A DNA stretch of 64,000 nucleotides, taken from assembly GCF_000281045.1 (NCBI RefSeq), contig NW_008246095.1, positions 299,087 through 363,086 of the forward strand, given 5' to 3'. Position numbers and translations under genes: made by a program. The stretch comes from Saprolegnia diclina VS20 (lineage: Eukaryota). Below the pieces are notes generated by a model. That model saw nothing but the letters and a program-made list of their open reading frames with translations, was not told where the DNA came from and did no database searches. Shown here piece after piece: positions 1 to 10,209 of this stretch; positions within the stretch are counted from its first letter, which is position 1, and every line of letters begins with the position of its first letter.

Positions 1-3000
1 GCGCGCTCGAGAAGCTCGTTACGACCCGGGGTGGCTTGAGCTCGGAAGAAGCGCAGAAGCGGCTCGGCGAATGGGGCGCCAACGCGCTGCCAACACACAA
101 AGTCAACAAGCTCCTCGTCTTTCTCGGTTTTCTCTGGAACCCGCTCTCGTGGGCGATGGAAGTGGCCGCCATCCTCTCGATCATCCTGCTGGATTACCCC
201 GATTTTGGATTGATCCTCGCGCTGCTTTTGCTCAATGCCGGCATTGGCTTTTTCGAAGAGATCCAAGCGGGCGACGCGGTCGCTGCGCTCATGGGCCAGC
301 TCGCGCCGGAAGCCAAGGTGCTGCGCGACGGCGTCATGATCAACACCCCCGCTGCGCACCTCGTGCCCGGCGATGTGATTCGCATCCGGCTCGGCGATGT
401 GCTCCCGGCCGACGTCAAGTTTCTCGAAGGTGACGCTGTCAAGATCGACCAGTCGTCGCTGACTGGCGAGTCGCTCCCCGTGACAAAGCGGGAAGGCGAT
501 GAAGGCTACTCGGGCTCGATCTGCAAGCAAGGCGAGATCGAGGCCGTCGTGACGTGCACGGGCGTGCACACGTTTCTCGGTCGGGCGGCCGAGCAGATTG
601 CCGGCGCCGACAGTCACGGGCGGCTCCAAGAGGTGTTGACGACGGTCGGCAACTTTTGCATGGTGTCGATCATCGTCTGGTGCATCATCGAGCTCATCGT
701 GCAGCTCGGCGGCCGCGCGAACGAGAACCCGTGCCTTCTCAAGAACGACGGCTGCCTCGGCGTCGCCAACATCCTCGTGCTCATCGTCGGCGGCATCCCA
801 GTCGCGATGCCCACCGTGCTCTCGGTGACATTGGCAATTGGGTCGTCGGCGCTCGCGAGGGAAAATGCAATCGTGACGCGCCTCACGTCGATTGAAGAGA
901 TGGCGTCGATGGAGATCCTCTGCTCGGACAAGACGGGAACGCTCACGCTCAACAAGCTCTCCGTCGATATGGACAACTTGATCCCGTACAACGACTATGC
1001 AGCCGACGACATTCTCAAGTACGGGGCGCTGGCGGCCCGCATCGAGAACAACGAAGCCATTGACGTCGTCTGCTTCAACACATACCCGGGCCACAACACG
1101 CTCTGGCAACAGTATACGCTCCTGCACTACACGCCGTTCGACCCGATCACGAAGCGAACGATCGCCAAGATCAAGGAGAATGCGACCGGTCGGATCTTCC
1201 GCACGTGCAAAGGCGCGCCGCAAGTTTGCTTGGACATGGATGCCAACGCCGATAGTCTCCGGAGCGAAGTCGAGAGGCGCATTAATGAATTCGCCGGCCG
1301 CGGCTACCGCGGGCTCGGCGTTGCGTTTGCCCCGGACGATGTACCACTCGAAGACGCGTCGTGGCGCCTCGTGGGGCTTCTGCCGCTCTTTGATCCGCCC
1401 AGGCACGATACGGCCGAGACTATCCGGAAGGCGCTCGAGCTCGGCGTGTCGGTCAAGATGGTCACGGGCGACCACCGCGTGATTGCGATCGAAACGTGCC
1501 GCCAGCTCGGCATGCCCACCAACATTTTGGACACGTCGTTCTTCAACAGTACGCCGCCCGCCGGCGTCAACCTCGCGCAAATGGTGTACGAGACAGACGG
1601 CTTTGCGCAGGTGTTTCCCGAGCACAAGTTTGAGATTGTGCGGCTGCTGCAATCGCTCAACAAAGTCGTGGGGATGACCGGCGACGGCGTCAACGATGCG
1701 CCGGCATTAGCCCAAGCCGACATTGGCATTGCAGTCGATGACGCGACCGACGCCGCGCGCGCCGCCGCCGACATTGTGCTCGTGTCGCCAGGCCTCTCGG
1801 TCATCATCACGGCCATTCGCCTCTCGCGCGAGATCTTTTTGCGCATGAAGAACTACGCCATGTACTCGGTGGCCATGACGGTCCGGATCGTGTGCACGTT
1901 TGGCTTGCTCACGATCGGCTTCAACTGGTACTTTCCAACGATCCTCGTCGTAATCCTAGCGATTCTCAACGACGGTACGATTCTGACGATCGCAAAAGAC
2001 AATGTGACCGCGTCCCGAACGCCCGACTCGTGGAAGCTCAAGCACGTCTTTATCGCATCCATCTGCTTTGGGCTCTGGCTCACGCTCTCGTCCGTCGTGC
2101 TCTTTGCCATCGTGTACCGCACAACAGCGTTTGCGGGGTTTCTCGGCGCCGAGAATCTCTGTGTGAGCTGCCTCAAGAGCCACTGCGACGCGTACTTCAC
2201 CAAGCAAATCCAGCTCTGCACGCGCCAGTTTGGGAAATCGATGGTCTGTGGCGAGCTCGACGGGTCCGTGCCCCTCAACGTACAGCGCGACGCCTTGTCG
2301 GCCAACCGCGCGCGCTACATTGCCGGCTACTGGGAGGCCTACACCGTCTACACGGCCGGTGAGACCCGCGACGATCTCTTCACCGACCTCTCGGGCAGCC
2401 ATATCAACGACCTGCCGTACACGCCGAGCGCCAACGACGTCTATAACCAGTTTGTCACGCAGTATACAGCGACATCGGTCGACGACGCGCTCGATGGCAA
2501 CGGCGTCGGGCTCGTCGGCCACGACTTTGTACCGCTCACGAACGGCGCCAGCTTTTGCGATTTTATGTGGAGCTACGCCAACTTCAACAGTACATGGACA
2601 AAAGACTTCCGCGTCATTGGCCCCGGCCGGCAAAAGAAAGATGGCATCTTGCGCGCGCTCATGTACACGCAAGTGTCGATCTCGGGCCAAGCCCTCATCT
2701 TTGTGACGCGCACGGCCGGCATCAACACGTGGTTCTTTGCTGAGAAGCCGTGCACCCTCTTGCTGCTCGCGTTTGTCGGCGCCCAAGTCGTCGCTTCGCT
2801 CATTGGGTACTTTGGGTTTCACGGGTACCCGAGCGACCGCATCGCGATTATCGGCTGCGGCGGCGGCTACCTCTTGATCGCGTGGCTCTGGTCGATCGTG
2901 TGGCAGTTTCCGCTCGACTTGATCAAGTTTGCCGTCAACTACGTCCTCCAAACGCGCGCGTACACGTCGACGGCCTTTGACTCGCGCATCAATGCCGGGC

Positions 3001-3092
3001 ACCCGACGATGGCGCACGCGCGCGTCACGAGCCGCGTCCGCACCGAGCGGGCCATCTCGACGTCGCGGGCCGTCCCGACTGCCACCAGCTGA
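1..3092 (+). CDS. PMA1: Plasma-membrane P3A-type H+-ATPase; 5' end lies upstream of the window
   Basis: Motifs GLSSEEA, WNPLSW, DQSSLTGES, IVGGIPVAMP, CSDKTGTLT (phospho-Asp), KGAPQ, DPPR, TGD, MTGDGVNDAPAL, ILNDG. The frame is open from the window edge; the ORF-track start at 36 is an internal TTG. Confidence 0.97.
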   Translation, partial: ALEKLVTTRGGLSSEEAQKRLGEWGANALPTHKVNKLLVFLGFLWNPLSWAMEVAAILSIILLDYPDFGLILALLLLNAGIGFFEEIQAGDAVAALMGQLAPEAKVLRDGVMINTPAAHLVPGDVIRIRLGDVLPADVKFLEGDAVKIDQSSLTGESLPVTKREGDEGYSGSICKQGEIEAVVTCTGVHTFLGRAAEQIAGADSHGRLQEVLTTVGNFCMVSIIVWCIIELIVQLGGRANENPCLLKNDGCLGVANILVLIVGGIPVAMPTVLSVTLAIGSSALARENAIVTRLTSIEEMASMEILCSDKTGTLTLNKLSVDMDNLIPYNDYAADDILKYGALAARIENNEAIDVVCFNTYPGHNTLWQQYTLLHYTPFDPITKRTIAKIKENATGRIFRTCKGAPQVCLDMDANADSLRSEVERRINEFAGRGYRGLGVAFAPDDVPLEDASWRLVGLLPLFDPPRHDTAETIRKALELGVSVKMVTGDHRVIAIETCRQLGMPTNILDTSFFNSTPPAGVNLAQMVYETDGFAQVFPEHKFEIVRLLQSLNKVVGMTGDGVNDAPALAQADIGIAVDDATDAARAAADIVLVSPGLSVIITAIRLSREIFLRMKNYAMYSVAMTVRIVCTFGLLTIGFNWYFPTILVVILAILNDGTILTIAKDNVTASRTPDSWKLKHVFIASICFGLWLTLSSVVLFAIVYRTTAFAGFLGAENLCVSCLKSHCDAYFTKQIQLCTRQFGKSMVCGELDGSVPLNVQRDALSANRARYIAGYWEAYTVYTAGETRDDLFTDLSGSHINDLPYTPSANDVYNQFVTQYTATSVDDALDGNGVGLVGHDFVPLTNGASFCDFMWSYANFNSTWTKDFRVIGPGRQKKDGILRALMYTQVSISGQALIFVTRTAGINTWFFAEKPCTLLLLAFVGAQVVASLIGYFGFHGYPSDRIAIIGCGGGYLLIAWLWSIVWQFPLDLIKFAVNYVLQTRAYTSTAFDSRINAGHPTMAHARVTSRVRTERAISTSRAVPTATS

Positions 3093-3099
3093 GTCTCGG

Positions 3100-3137
3100 A
3101 ACCCTACCCCTAAAACCATAAACCCTAACCCGAAACC
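3100..3137 (+). repeat. Degenerate telomere-like (CCCTAAA)n tract, about 5 units
   Basis: AACCCTACCCCTAAAACCATAAACCCTAACCCGAAACC just after the PMA1 stop codon. Confidence 0.55.
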
Positions 3138-3242
3138 AGGGCGATTCCGTCGCACTGCCTTGCATCGTTTGATTGAAAAATAGAAAACTCCATACACCGA
3201 CTCTGTTCTTGTCTCTACGTGGCAACGATGCACTGTCCGCAG

Positions 3243-3347
3243 CTCGCGATGAGCTATGAGTCATACCTCGTCGCGGGCTGCTCATGGTAGCGCCACGTCA
3301 TAACTCATGACGTGGCGCTACCACGAGCAGCCACACGTGTCGTGTGG
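3243..3347. repeat. Three abutting inverted repeats (hairpin cluster)
   Basis: Imperfect IR at 3243-3277. 26-bp IR at 3276-3301/3307-3332 with one mismatch and a 5-nt loop. Perfect 7-bp IR at 3331-3347. Confidence 0.85.
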
Positions 3348-3517
3348 GGCAAGGCCATAAGGCCCAGCGACCACTGTTGATGGTCTCAGTGTCAAGCACA
3401 ACAACAGTCCAGATGCCATACGATAGAAAGGTGCGTGAGTTTAGCTGGCACAGGAAGACATATGACGTTGGTGGCGGGATTAAAGGTGCGCAATTGTTAT
3501 TCGATCCAGTGAGGTAG

Positions 3518-5410
3518 CTACATTTGACCGGCAAAGTTGGCGCGATCGAGCGTCGCTTCGTGGAGACTCCACTTGGACGTGATCTTGCGGCGGTGCGTGC
3601 AAAACTCGACGCAGCCGTCGCCAGTAATGTCCATGTCCCCGTACTTGCTCTTCGTGCCGTAGAGACCGCCAAACGAGAAGGGCTCGCTACACGCAACTTT
3701 GAGTTTGTCGACAAAATGCGGTCGCGTACCGGGGCACGGGCACGCCAATGTTGACGCCAATCATTGCGGCTTGGAAGCGGGACGCAAAGTGCTCGGCGTG
3801 GCCGCCATGGCTCGTGTAAATGCACGCAGCGTTCCCAAAGGGCGACGCATTCTCGATCGCGAGTGCCTCGTCCGCCGAGTGCACCTACAGGAATGACGTT
3901 CTCTGTACATTCACGCAGCACACTACCTTGTACACAGAGAGCACGGGGCCAAAGATCTCGTCGTGCATGGCTGCGTCGGCCGGGTTGGTGTGCAGCAGCA
4001 CCGTCGGCCCGACCCAGTACCCTAACCCGCTTCGGTAAATAGGCACTAAAATGAAGTGTCGCCTACCGTGCCCCGCGGTCTCGGTGGCCCACGCTCGGCC
4101 ATCGACGAGTACGGTCGCGCCGCTGGCTTCGGCGTCGTTGATGTACTTGAGAATGCTACGCCCACAACGTCAGCAACGGTATTTCAGCGCATAGACGGAC
4201 CGTTTCTGGGACACGGCGTCAATGATGGCGCCGACCTGGCCCGCGCCCGTCCCGCGCATGAGGTTGCGCGCACGCTGCACGACCGACTCGAGGAGCTCGT
4301 GGCAGTTGCCGACGAGGAGCAAGACGGACGCCGCCATGCAGCGCTGGCCAGCGCAGCCCGCAAACGAAGCCACAATGTCTTTGGACGCAAGGTCCAGGTC
4401 GGCGTCGGGAAGCGCAACGAGGTGGTTCTTGGCGCCACCGAGCGCCAGCACACGCTTGTCCAAGGCCCGGCAGCGGCGGGCGATCTTTTGCGCGACCGGC
4501 GACGATCCGACAAAGGTCACCTACGACGTTCGACATTGTGGGGCATTGTTGGAGGTGGAGAGTCGTCGTACGGCTGCCACGTCGGGGTGGTCGCACAGGC
4601 TCGTCACCGCTTCGGCTTGGCCGTGCACAATCTGCCAGAGGTCTGAGCCTCCCGTCTCTATCGATAGAATCCGGAATGGATACCTGGAAGACTCCCGGGG
4701 GTACGCCAGCCTCGGACAGAAAGCTCGCGACGCGTGTCATTGTGATCGGCACCTACATCGAGTTGGCTCGTCCAGCGATGTGGATCGCAGGTGCTACCTT
4801 CTCCGACGGCTTCAAGATGACGCAGTTGCCTGTCGTGAGCGCAATCGGGACTGTCCACATGGGCACCATGATCGGAAAGTTGAAGGGCACGATCGAGGCA
4901 ATGACCCCAAGCGGGGCGCGCGTCTCCTGGCAGGTAATGCCGCGGGACACCTCGAGCGTCTTGCCTTGCAGAAGCTGCGGCAGCGAACACGCATACTCGA
5001 CGGTCTCGTTGCCCTATGCTCACGCAGTTATGTTATGTGGCGTCGACAGACAGCCACACGCGTACCTTGATGACGCTGGCGAGCGCCTCCGACTTGTTCT
5101 TGCCGTTCTCCAGCACCACAAGATCGGCGAGCTCGTCGGCGTGCTTGCGCATGAGCTCGTGGAACTTGAGCATGATGGCCGCCCGCGCCTTGACGGTGAG
5201 GCCGCTCCAGCCAGGCAGCGCCTTCTTGGCATGCTCAACGGCGACTGCAACGTCGGCGGCGGTCGACACGGCGACCTTGCCGATGATCGCGCCCGTGACT
5301 GGGCTCTCAATGTCGAGGTACGCGCCGCTAGTGGGCGCCGCAAAGCGGCCGTGGACGTAGTTGTCGCACGTATACGACGTCTTGAGCTTCTTGGACGGAC
5401 TCTCGGGCAT
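3518..5410 (-). CDS. ALDH6A1: Methylmalonate/malonate-semialdehyde dehydrogenase (acylating, ALDH6 family), multi-exon
   Basis: Exon translations include IVPFNFPIMVPMWTVP, LKPSEK, TFVGSS, LGGAKNH, AGCAGQRCMA (catalytic Cys), PFGNAACIYT, IGVNIGVPVP, FSFGG, GDMDITG. Exons are separated by short GT-AG introns. Confidence 0.93.
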
Positions 5411-6192
5411 GCTTGTCGACCTCTGTTTTTCCGACTGACGACGAGATTTCTTGCCTTCTTGAAGTTGGGCAAGCTTCGATGCTTTTCGGCCAATCCCACG
5501 CGCGTATCTTTCATCGGAACCAATCCAAGAACTGATAGCCACGGAATTCCATGCTTTCCACCAATCAGACGTCGTGTATCCACGGGGAGATCAGATTGCG
5601 ATCCTCCACCACGTGGCAAAATGGCAAGAGAAGCCGGCAGAAATCAGGGCAACCAAGAAGGGCAACCAAGAACAGCCACCAAGGTACGTGGGGTGGACGA
5701 CGAGACGCACCAAGACCGACCCCTTAGCGCACCACGTAGTATTATGCAAAGACAACGGGATGTACGCGGAAACGACGCATGAACGGAGGTGCTCACGCAT
5801 TAGTGCGGATGCCAATGACCGAAGAAGTGCATCGAGGCTCAGGATTCCCCGCGGCCGTAGCCGTACGGCGTGGCCGTCAGTAATTCCAGGGTACTCGTTG
5901 ATGGCGCGCCGTTTTATACATCGTCGCAAAGGCCGCGGCCACGACCAGGTTGGACCAGGCCCCCCCACGGGTTATAGTAAAACGAGGACACTGTGGTATC
6001 GCGTAGAGAGAGTGGGCAGCTGCTTCGTACGCCGCCGACGTGGCCGCCGACAGCCTCCGTGTGCGACGACGACGACGGCATAAGCCGCGATTCCAAATAT
6101 TTTGATTTTGAAATGAAAAAGAGCCGCGCTCCGTGCACTACGGAGCGCCGTGTGTATATTTCGGGCATACAATAATAAATAGAGGCTGCTGT

Positions 6193-6876
6193 CTAGACGA
6201 TGTAGCCGGCGAAAGCCTCGGTGCGGCACATGGGGCACGTGTGCTGCGTCTCGAACCACTCCAAGATGCACTCTTGGTGGAACTCGTGGCCGCACGGGAG
6301 TTGGAACACGCTGTCTTTCGCGCCATCTCGATGGTCTTCGAGGCAGATCGCGCACGGTTCGGTTGTCGCAACAGTTGTCGTCGTCGGGCGGCAGTTCATT
6401 CGCGTCGGCACGGCGAGCGCGTGGCCGAGGAGGCGGTAGATCTCATTGAGTTGCTCCGTCTCAAAGTACGAGTCGTTCGATGGGTCGCGGAGCTCGAGGC
6501 AGGAGCTTCGAAGCTGCATGAGGTGCGCGACAAACTCCTTGAGGCCGATGAGGCGCTCCTGCACGATATTGGTCGTGTCGAGCCCGAGCCGCTTGGGCGG
6601 AAACTTGGCAGAAACGACTGGCGCCAAGAGCGCCACAACGCGGTCGGTCTGGCGTGCGCCCTTGAGCTTGAGCGCGTGCTTGTACATGCGCTGGAGCTGC
6701 GTCCGGACGTAATAGAGGTCCGAGTATCGGCGCTTCATGGACCACCAGACGTGCGAATTCGGGCACATGACGGTGAGCGAGTAGTACGTGACGAGGTGGC
6801 CGTAGGCCTGGGAGAGCGTTTGCTTGGCGCTCGACCGGATGCTCACGAGGGTCAATGGCTTGGTCAGTGGACGCAT
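6193..6876 (-). CDS. PX-domain plus C-terminal RING-H2 protein (putative E3 ubiquitin ligase)
   Basis: PX-like WWSMKRRYSDL...FPPKR...VQERLIGLKEFV. RING-H2 CAICL...LPCGHEFHQECILEWF...CPMCR. Start chosen at ATG 6876; the upstream part of the track ORF looks non-coding. Confidence 0.88.
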   Translation of the reverse strand: MRPLTKPLTLVSIRSSAKQTLSQAYGHLVTYYSLTVMCPNSHVWWSMKRRYSDLYYVRTQLQRMYKHALKLKGARQTDRVVALLAPVVSAKFPPKRLGLDTTNIVQERLIGLKEFVAHLMQLRSSCLELRDPSNDSYFETEQLNEIYRLLGHALAVPTRMNCRPTTTTVATTEPCAICLEDHRDGAKDSVFQLPCGHEFHQECILEWFETQHTCPMCRTEAFAGYIV

Positions 6877-9072
6877 TTTGGAAACTGCGAGTGTCTTTGG
6901 TTTGCTCGCCGCGGTGTCGCAGCGGCGCCCACTGTCACATGCTGGGACCATGCTGATTTTGTATGCCACTCGTTCGAGATACTTGCATTTAATGCATTCT
7001 GATTGGCGCTTGCGTTTTGATGCTGCGTCGGGATTGGCTGTATCTTTTGGAACGCACCAATCAGATGCTGTGGACACCAGATTCGGCGCGCCGGTTTGCA
7101 GGCGCGACAAGAATCGGGTTATCGCAGTGTTATCGCAGGTCCATGCCCTTTGGGTTCCATGCAGGCGAGACCACCAAAATGGTCCTGACGCTCTGCACAA
7201 ATGGCGACAACTTGCAGCGCGAGACGTCGAGTGCGTGCGCGGAACGCGTTGGCACAAGGAGGAGGCCAGTCGGGCGCAAAAACCGGCAACGTGCGACGAA
7301 ACACGCATTTCGCGTGCGCGTCGGTTGGATTCGAAGCCTGGACGTTGAAGCAACCCAATGCGTGAATCTAATCCTGGATCGGCCATCTGCTTGGCGCAGG
7401 ATTAGATGTGCAGGTGCGGGGCAATATCCTACCACGGTGCCGCACACGACACATTTGGCGCCTGTCTTCTCGTCCAGTACACATCGAGGTTTCAATTGCG
7501 AAAAGCGATGGGCATGTCGCCACGTCATAGCAAGCACTTTTGTTGAGCCTTACGCAAGCGTCCTACGCTATGAAAGGCAGCTGCTCGTCAAACGGTTTGG
7601 CCAACGTCTTGTACGCCCGAAGAGAAGCATGTCGCGAAGCGCGCCCTTTGCAACCGATGAACATGAACACGCAATGGCAACAAAAACCCGCGCGTTTTTC
7701 TCCAAACGAAACAATCAAAAGAGTATCTTTGGCCGCGTCGGCAACCGACTTCAACGTCGGCAGCGACGCCCCAGCAGTGCCAAGCGACGACGAAGCGAGT
7801 ACACTGTATGCGGCTTCGAATGCCCTTTTTGTTCAACAAGTATGCGGACGCGATTGCACGACCAGGCGCCGAGAACCAGTGTTTGGATCGTGTAATCCCG
7901 TGTCGCCGGCCCCATCGAAGGTGTCGTTTGCGTGTGGTTGAAGAACGAGCTGACAGCGGCTGTTATAACGATACTCCGTGAGTGGAGTTGTGGCCATAGA
8001 AATCACTACACCACGTAGACGAACGCCAACAATCTCGTAGAAAAGACGAAGCTTCTTTTGGATGGACGGAAATAGCGAATCAAGTACCCAAGCCCGCGCC
8101 GTCCACAGGATTGGCTCGACAACGTGCCGAAGTGCACGTTTTGTTTGGTCTTGTAGCAGCCCTCGCTGCAACCTCTACAGTACGACTACGAGCATTCGAG
8201 GTCCATGTTCGCTTGGACAAGGCAGGCTCTTTGCATACCAATACTCCGCAGAAACAGCACACATGATGTTGGTGATGTTGGTTGCTTTGGGAAGATACTC
8301 GCTGAGTCATTGGCCTTTGAGTCATCATCACCTGCTGGCGCGAACATTTATGTGCCGAGCGTTTTCGGTGCTGGCCATAATTGGGGTCCTGGGTGCCACG
8401 AGGCAATTCGAGACGCCAAGACACGCAGTGTCAGTTGCATCACGTTGCCTTGTACGTGACTGTTGGTCGCCGCACGGTTGGTCGGTGCGCACTGCAAGCG
8501 TGCGGGACACCGCCAACAACCCTCGTTGTCGACACGTGCGGCGTCACCACTTGGCGAGAAAGTTCGAACAATTGGCGCGCCCTTTGAGCAACCAATCACG
8601 TGGCGCGCTCATTAAGATCGTCGCCCCGCGATCTTTTGCAACGCTGTGGATCGCTCGTTCGGGGTCGACAAGCTGGGGCCCACTGCATACAGCACTTGCC
8701 ATATCGTGCAGATCGCCCACGTGCAGTTTTAGCACGATACGACGAGCAAACAACAGCTTCTACAAGCATATTAATGTGTCTACCACTAGACAAAATACGA
8801 GTGAAATACTTCGAGGGGGACCATCAATCTCTCCTAGGCCAAAGTTTCATGGGACGTCGAGGCAAGACGCGCCACCACCTGTGACCAGAGGCGTCCCGCA
8901 CCAGCGGGGGTTTTGTTTCGAACCAATCACACACGCCGCGTGGGACCAAACATTCCAAGTTCGAAGGCTTGGTGGCCGCTGAAAACGCCGGGACGGGAAG
9001 ATTCGTCATCGCGCTTCGATCACAAACGCCAGCGCACAAGTCGATTTGGTCCATCTCGGCTACATCGTTTGA

Positions 9073-9972
9073 ATGAACGAGCCCACGTATACGATGCCGC
9101 CGCTGCAGTTTGCCCTCCAAGGTGGCTTGCCAGCGCCGATGCCGACGCCGAAAGCCAAGGCCAAGGCGTCGAGTCCCGAGTCGCCGATCAAGAAGCGCAA
9201 CGTGGGCGTACCCAAGTTTCTTCGGTTTCTCTACGAAATCCTCGAGAAGGAAGACAAGAGCGTCATTTGCTGGTCGCACAAAGGCACGGCGTTCCAGATC
9301 CGCAAGCCGGATGCGCTCGCCCACACCATTCTACCGCGCTACTTCAAGCACAACAAAGTATCGAGCTTCCAGCGCCAGCTCAACTACTTTGGCTTCAAAA
9401 AGTGGACCAAGACGCAGACAGTCGTGTGCACGTTCAGCCACCCCAACTTTGTGCAGCATCGACCCGACGGGATCAAGCTCATCAAGCGCAAGGAGCGCGG
9501 GCTCGCCGAGATGACCACGACCACCAACGCCACCAACTGTCCTGGGCTGGTCGACGAGCGCCCACTGCCTTTTCCAAAAGAAGTGCGTCGCCAATCGTGG
9601 GCCCCGCGCGCCACATACGACCTCTACATGCACGGCGATCTCCTCCATGCGCAAACAAACATGCGCAAGCACAATGTCCATGTACCCGCGACGCCGTATG
9701 CGCCCGAGGCGTCGAGTACGACCTCGTCGTTCAGCACCGAATGGGGCGATGTCTTCTTGTACGGACCCCCCACCGTCGAGCCCGTGGGGTCGTCGTACTT
9801 TGATCTGTGGGACGACGACGGGACCGCGGCGTCGGCGTCGTACATGACACAAAGCGCCCCCATCGTGCACGAATTGCCGGCGCATCTGGTCACCATCAAG
9901 CACGACGACATGCTTCTGGATGGGTCCTACGACCCGTCGTGCGCGCGCTTCTGCCACGTGGCCGAGTTTTAG
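9073..9972 (+). CDS. HSF-type DNA-binding transcription factor
   Basis: PKFLRFLYEIL...ICWSHKGTAFQI...ILPRYFKHNKVSSFQRQLNYFGFKK...FSHPNF is an HSF winged-helix domain. Intronless. Confidence 0.93.
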   Translation: MNEPTYTMPPLQFALQGGLPAPMPTPKAKAKASSPESPIKKRNVGVPKFLRFLYEILEKEDKSVICWSHKGTAFQIRKPDALAHTILPRYFKHNKVSSFQRQLNYFGFKKWTKTQTVVCTFSHPNFVQHRPDGIKLIKRKERGLAEMTTTTNATNCPGLVDERPLPFPKEVRRQSWAPRATYDLYMHGDLLHAQTNMRKHNVHVPATPYAPEASSTTSSFSTEWGDVFLYGPPTVEPVGSSYFDLWDDDGTAASASYMTQSAPIVHELPAHLVTIKHDDMLLDGSYDPSCARFCHVAEF

Positions 9973-10209
9973 CCCTTTCGATTTGTTTGCATCTTTTTTC
10001 GCTGCTTTGGCTTGCGCATTTGCACCTTCTTCTCGCTCGTTTCAACGTATTTAATACTACCCTCTTTCGATCCAGAATGTGTTGCTGTCGCTGCCAGTTG
10101 TAGGGTAGACACCGGTTGCTCCAAGTAGCAAGACGCAGATAGTGGGGGTCGACCAAGGGTACTTTAAGCCCTTGGGGGCGCCGAGGTGTCCGTTTTCGAA
10201 ACCGACAAC

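Noticed and set aside
7000..9050. ORFs of 130-306 aa in the 2-kb divergent spacer before the HSF gene
   Set aside because: No codon bias or recognisable domains. The region has several CCAAT/ATTGG boxes and reads as regulatory DNA.
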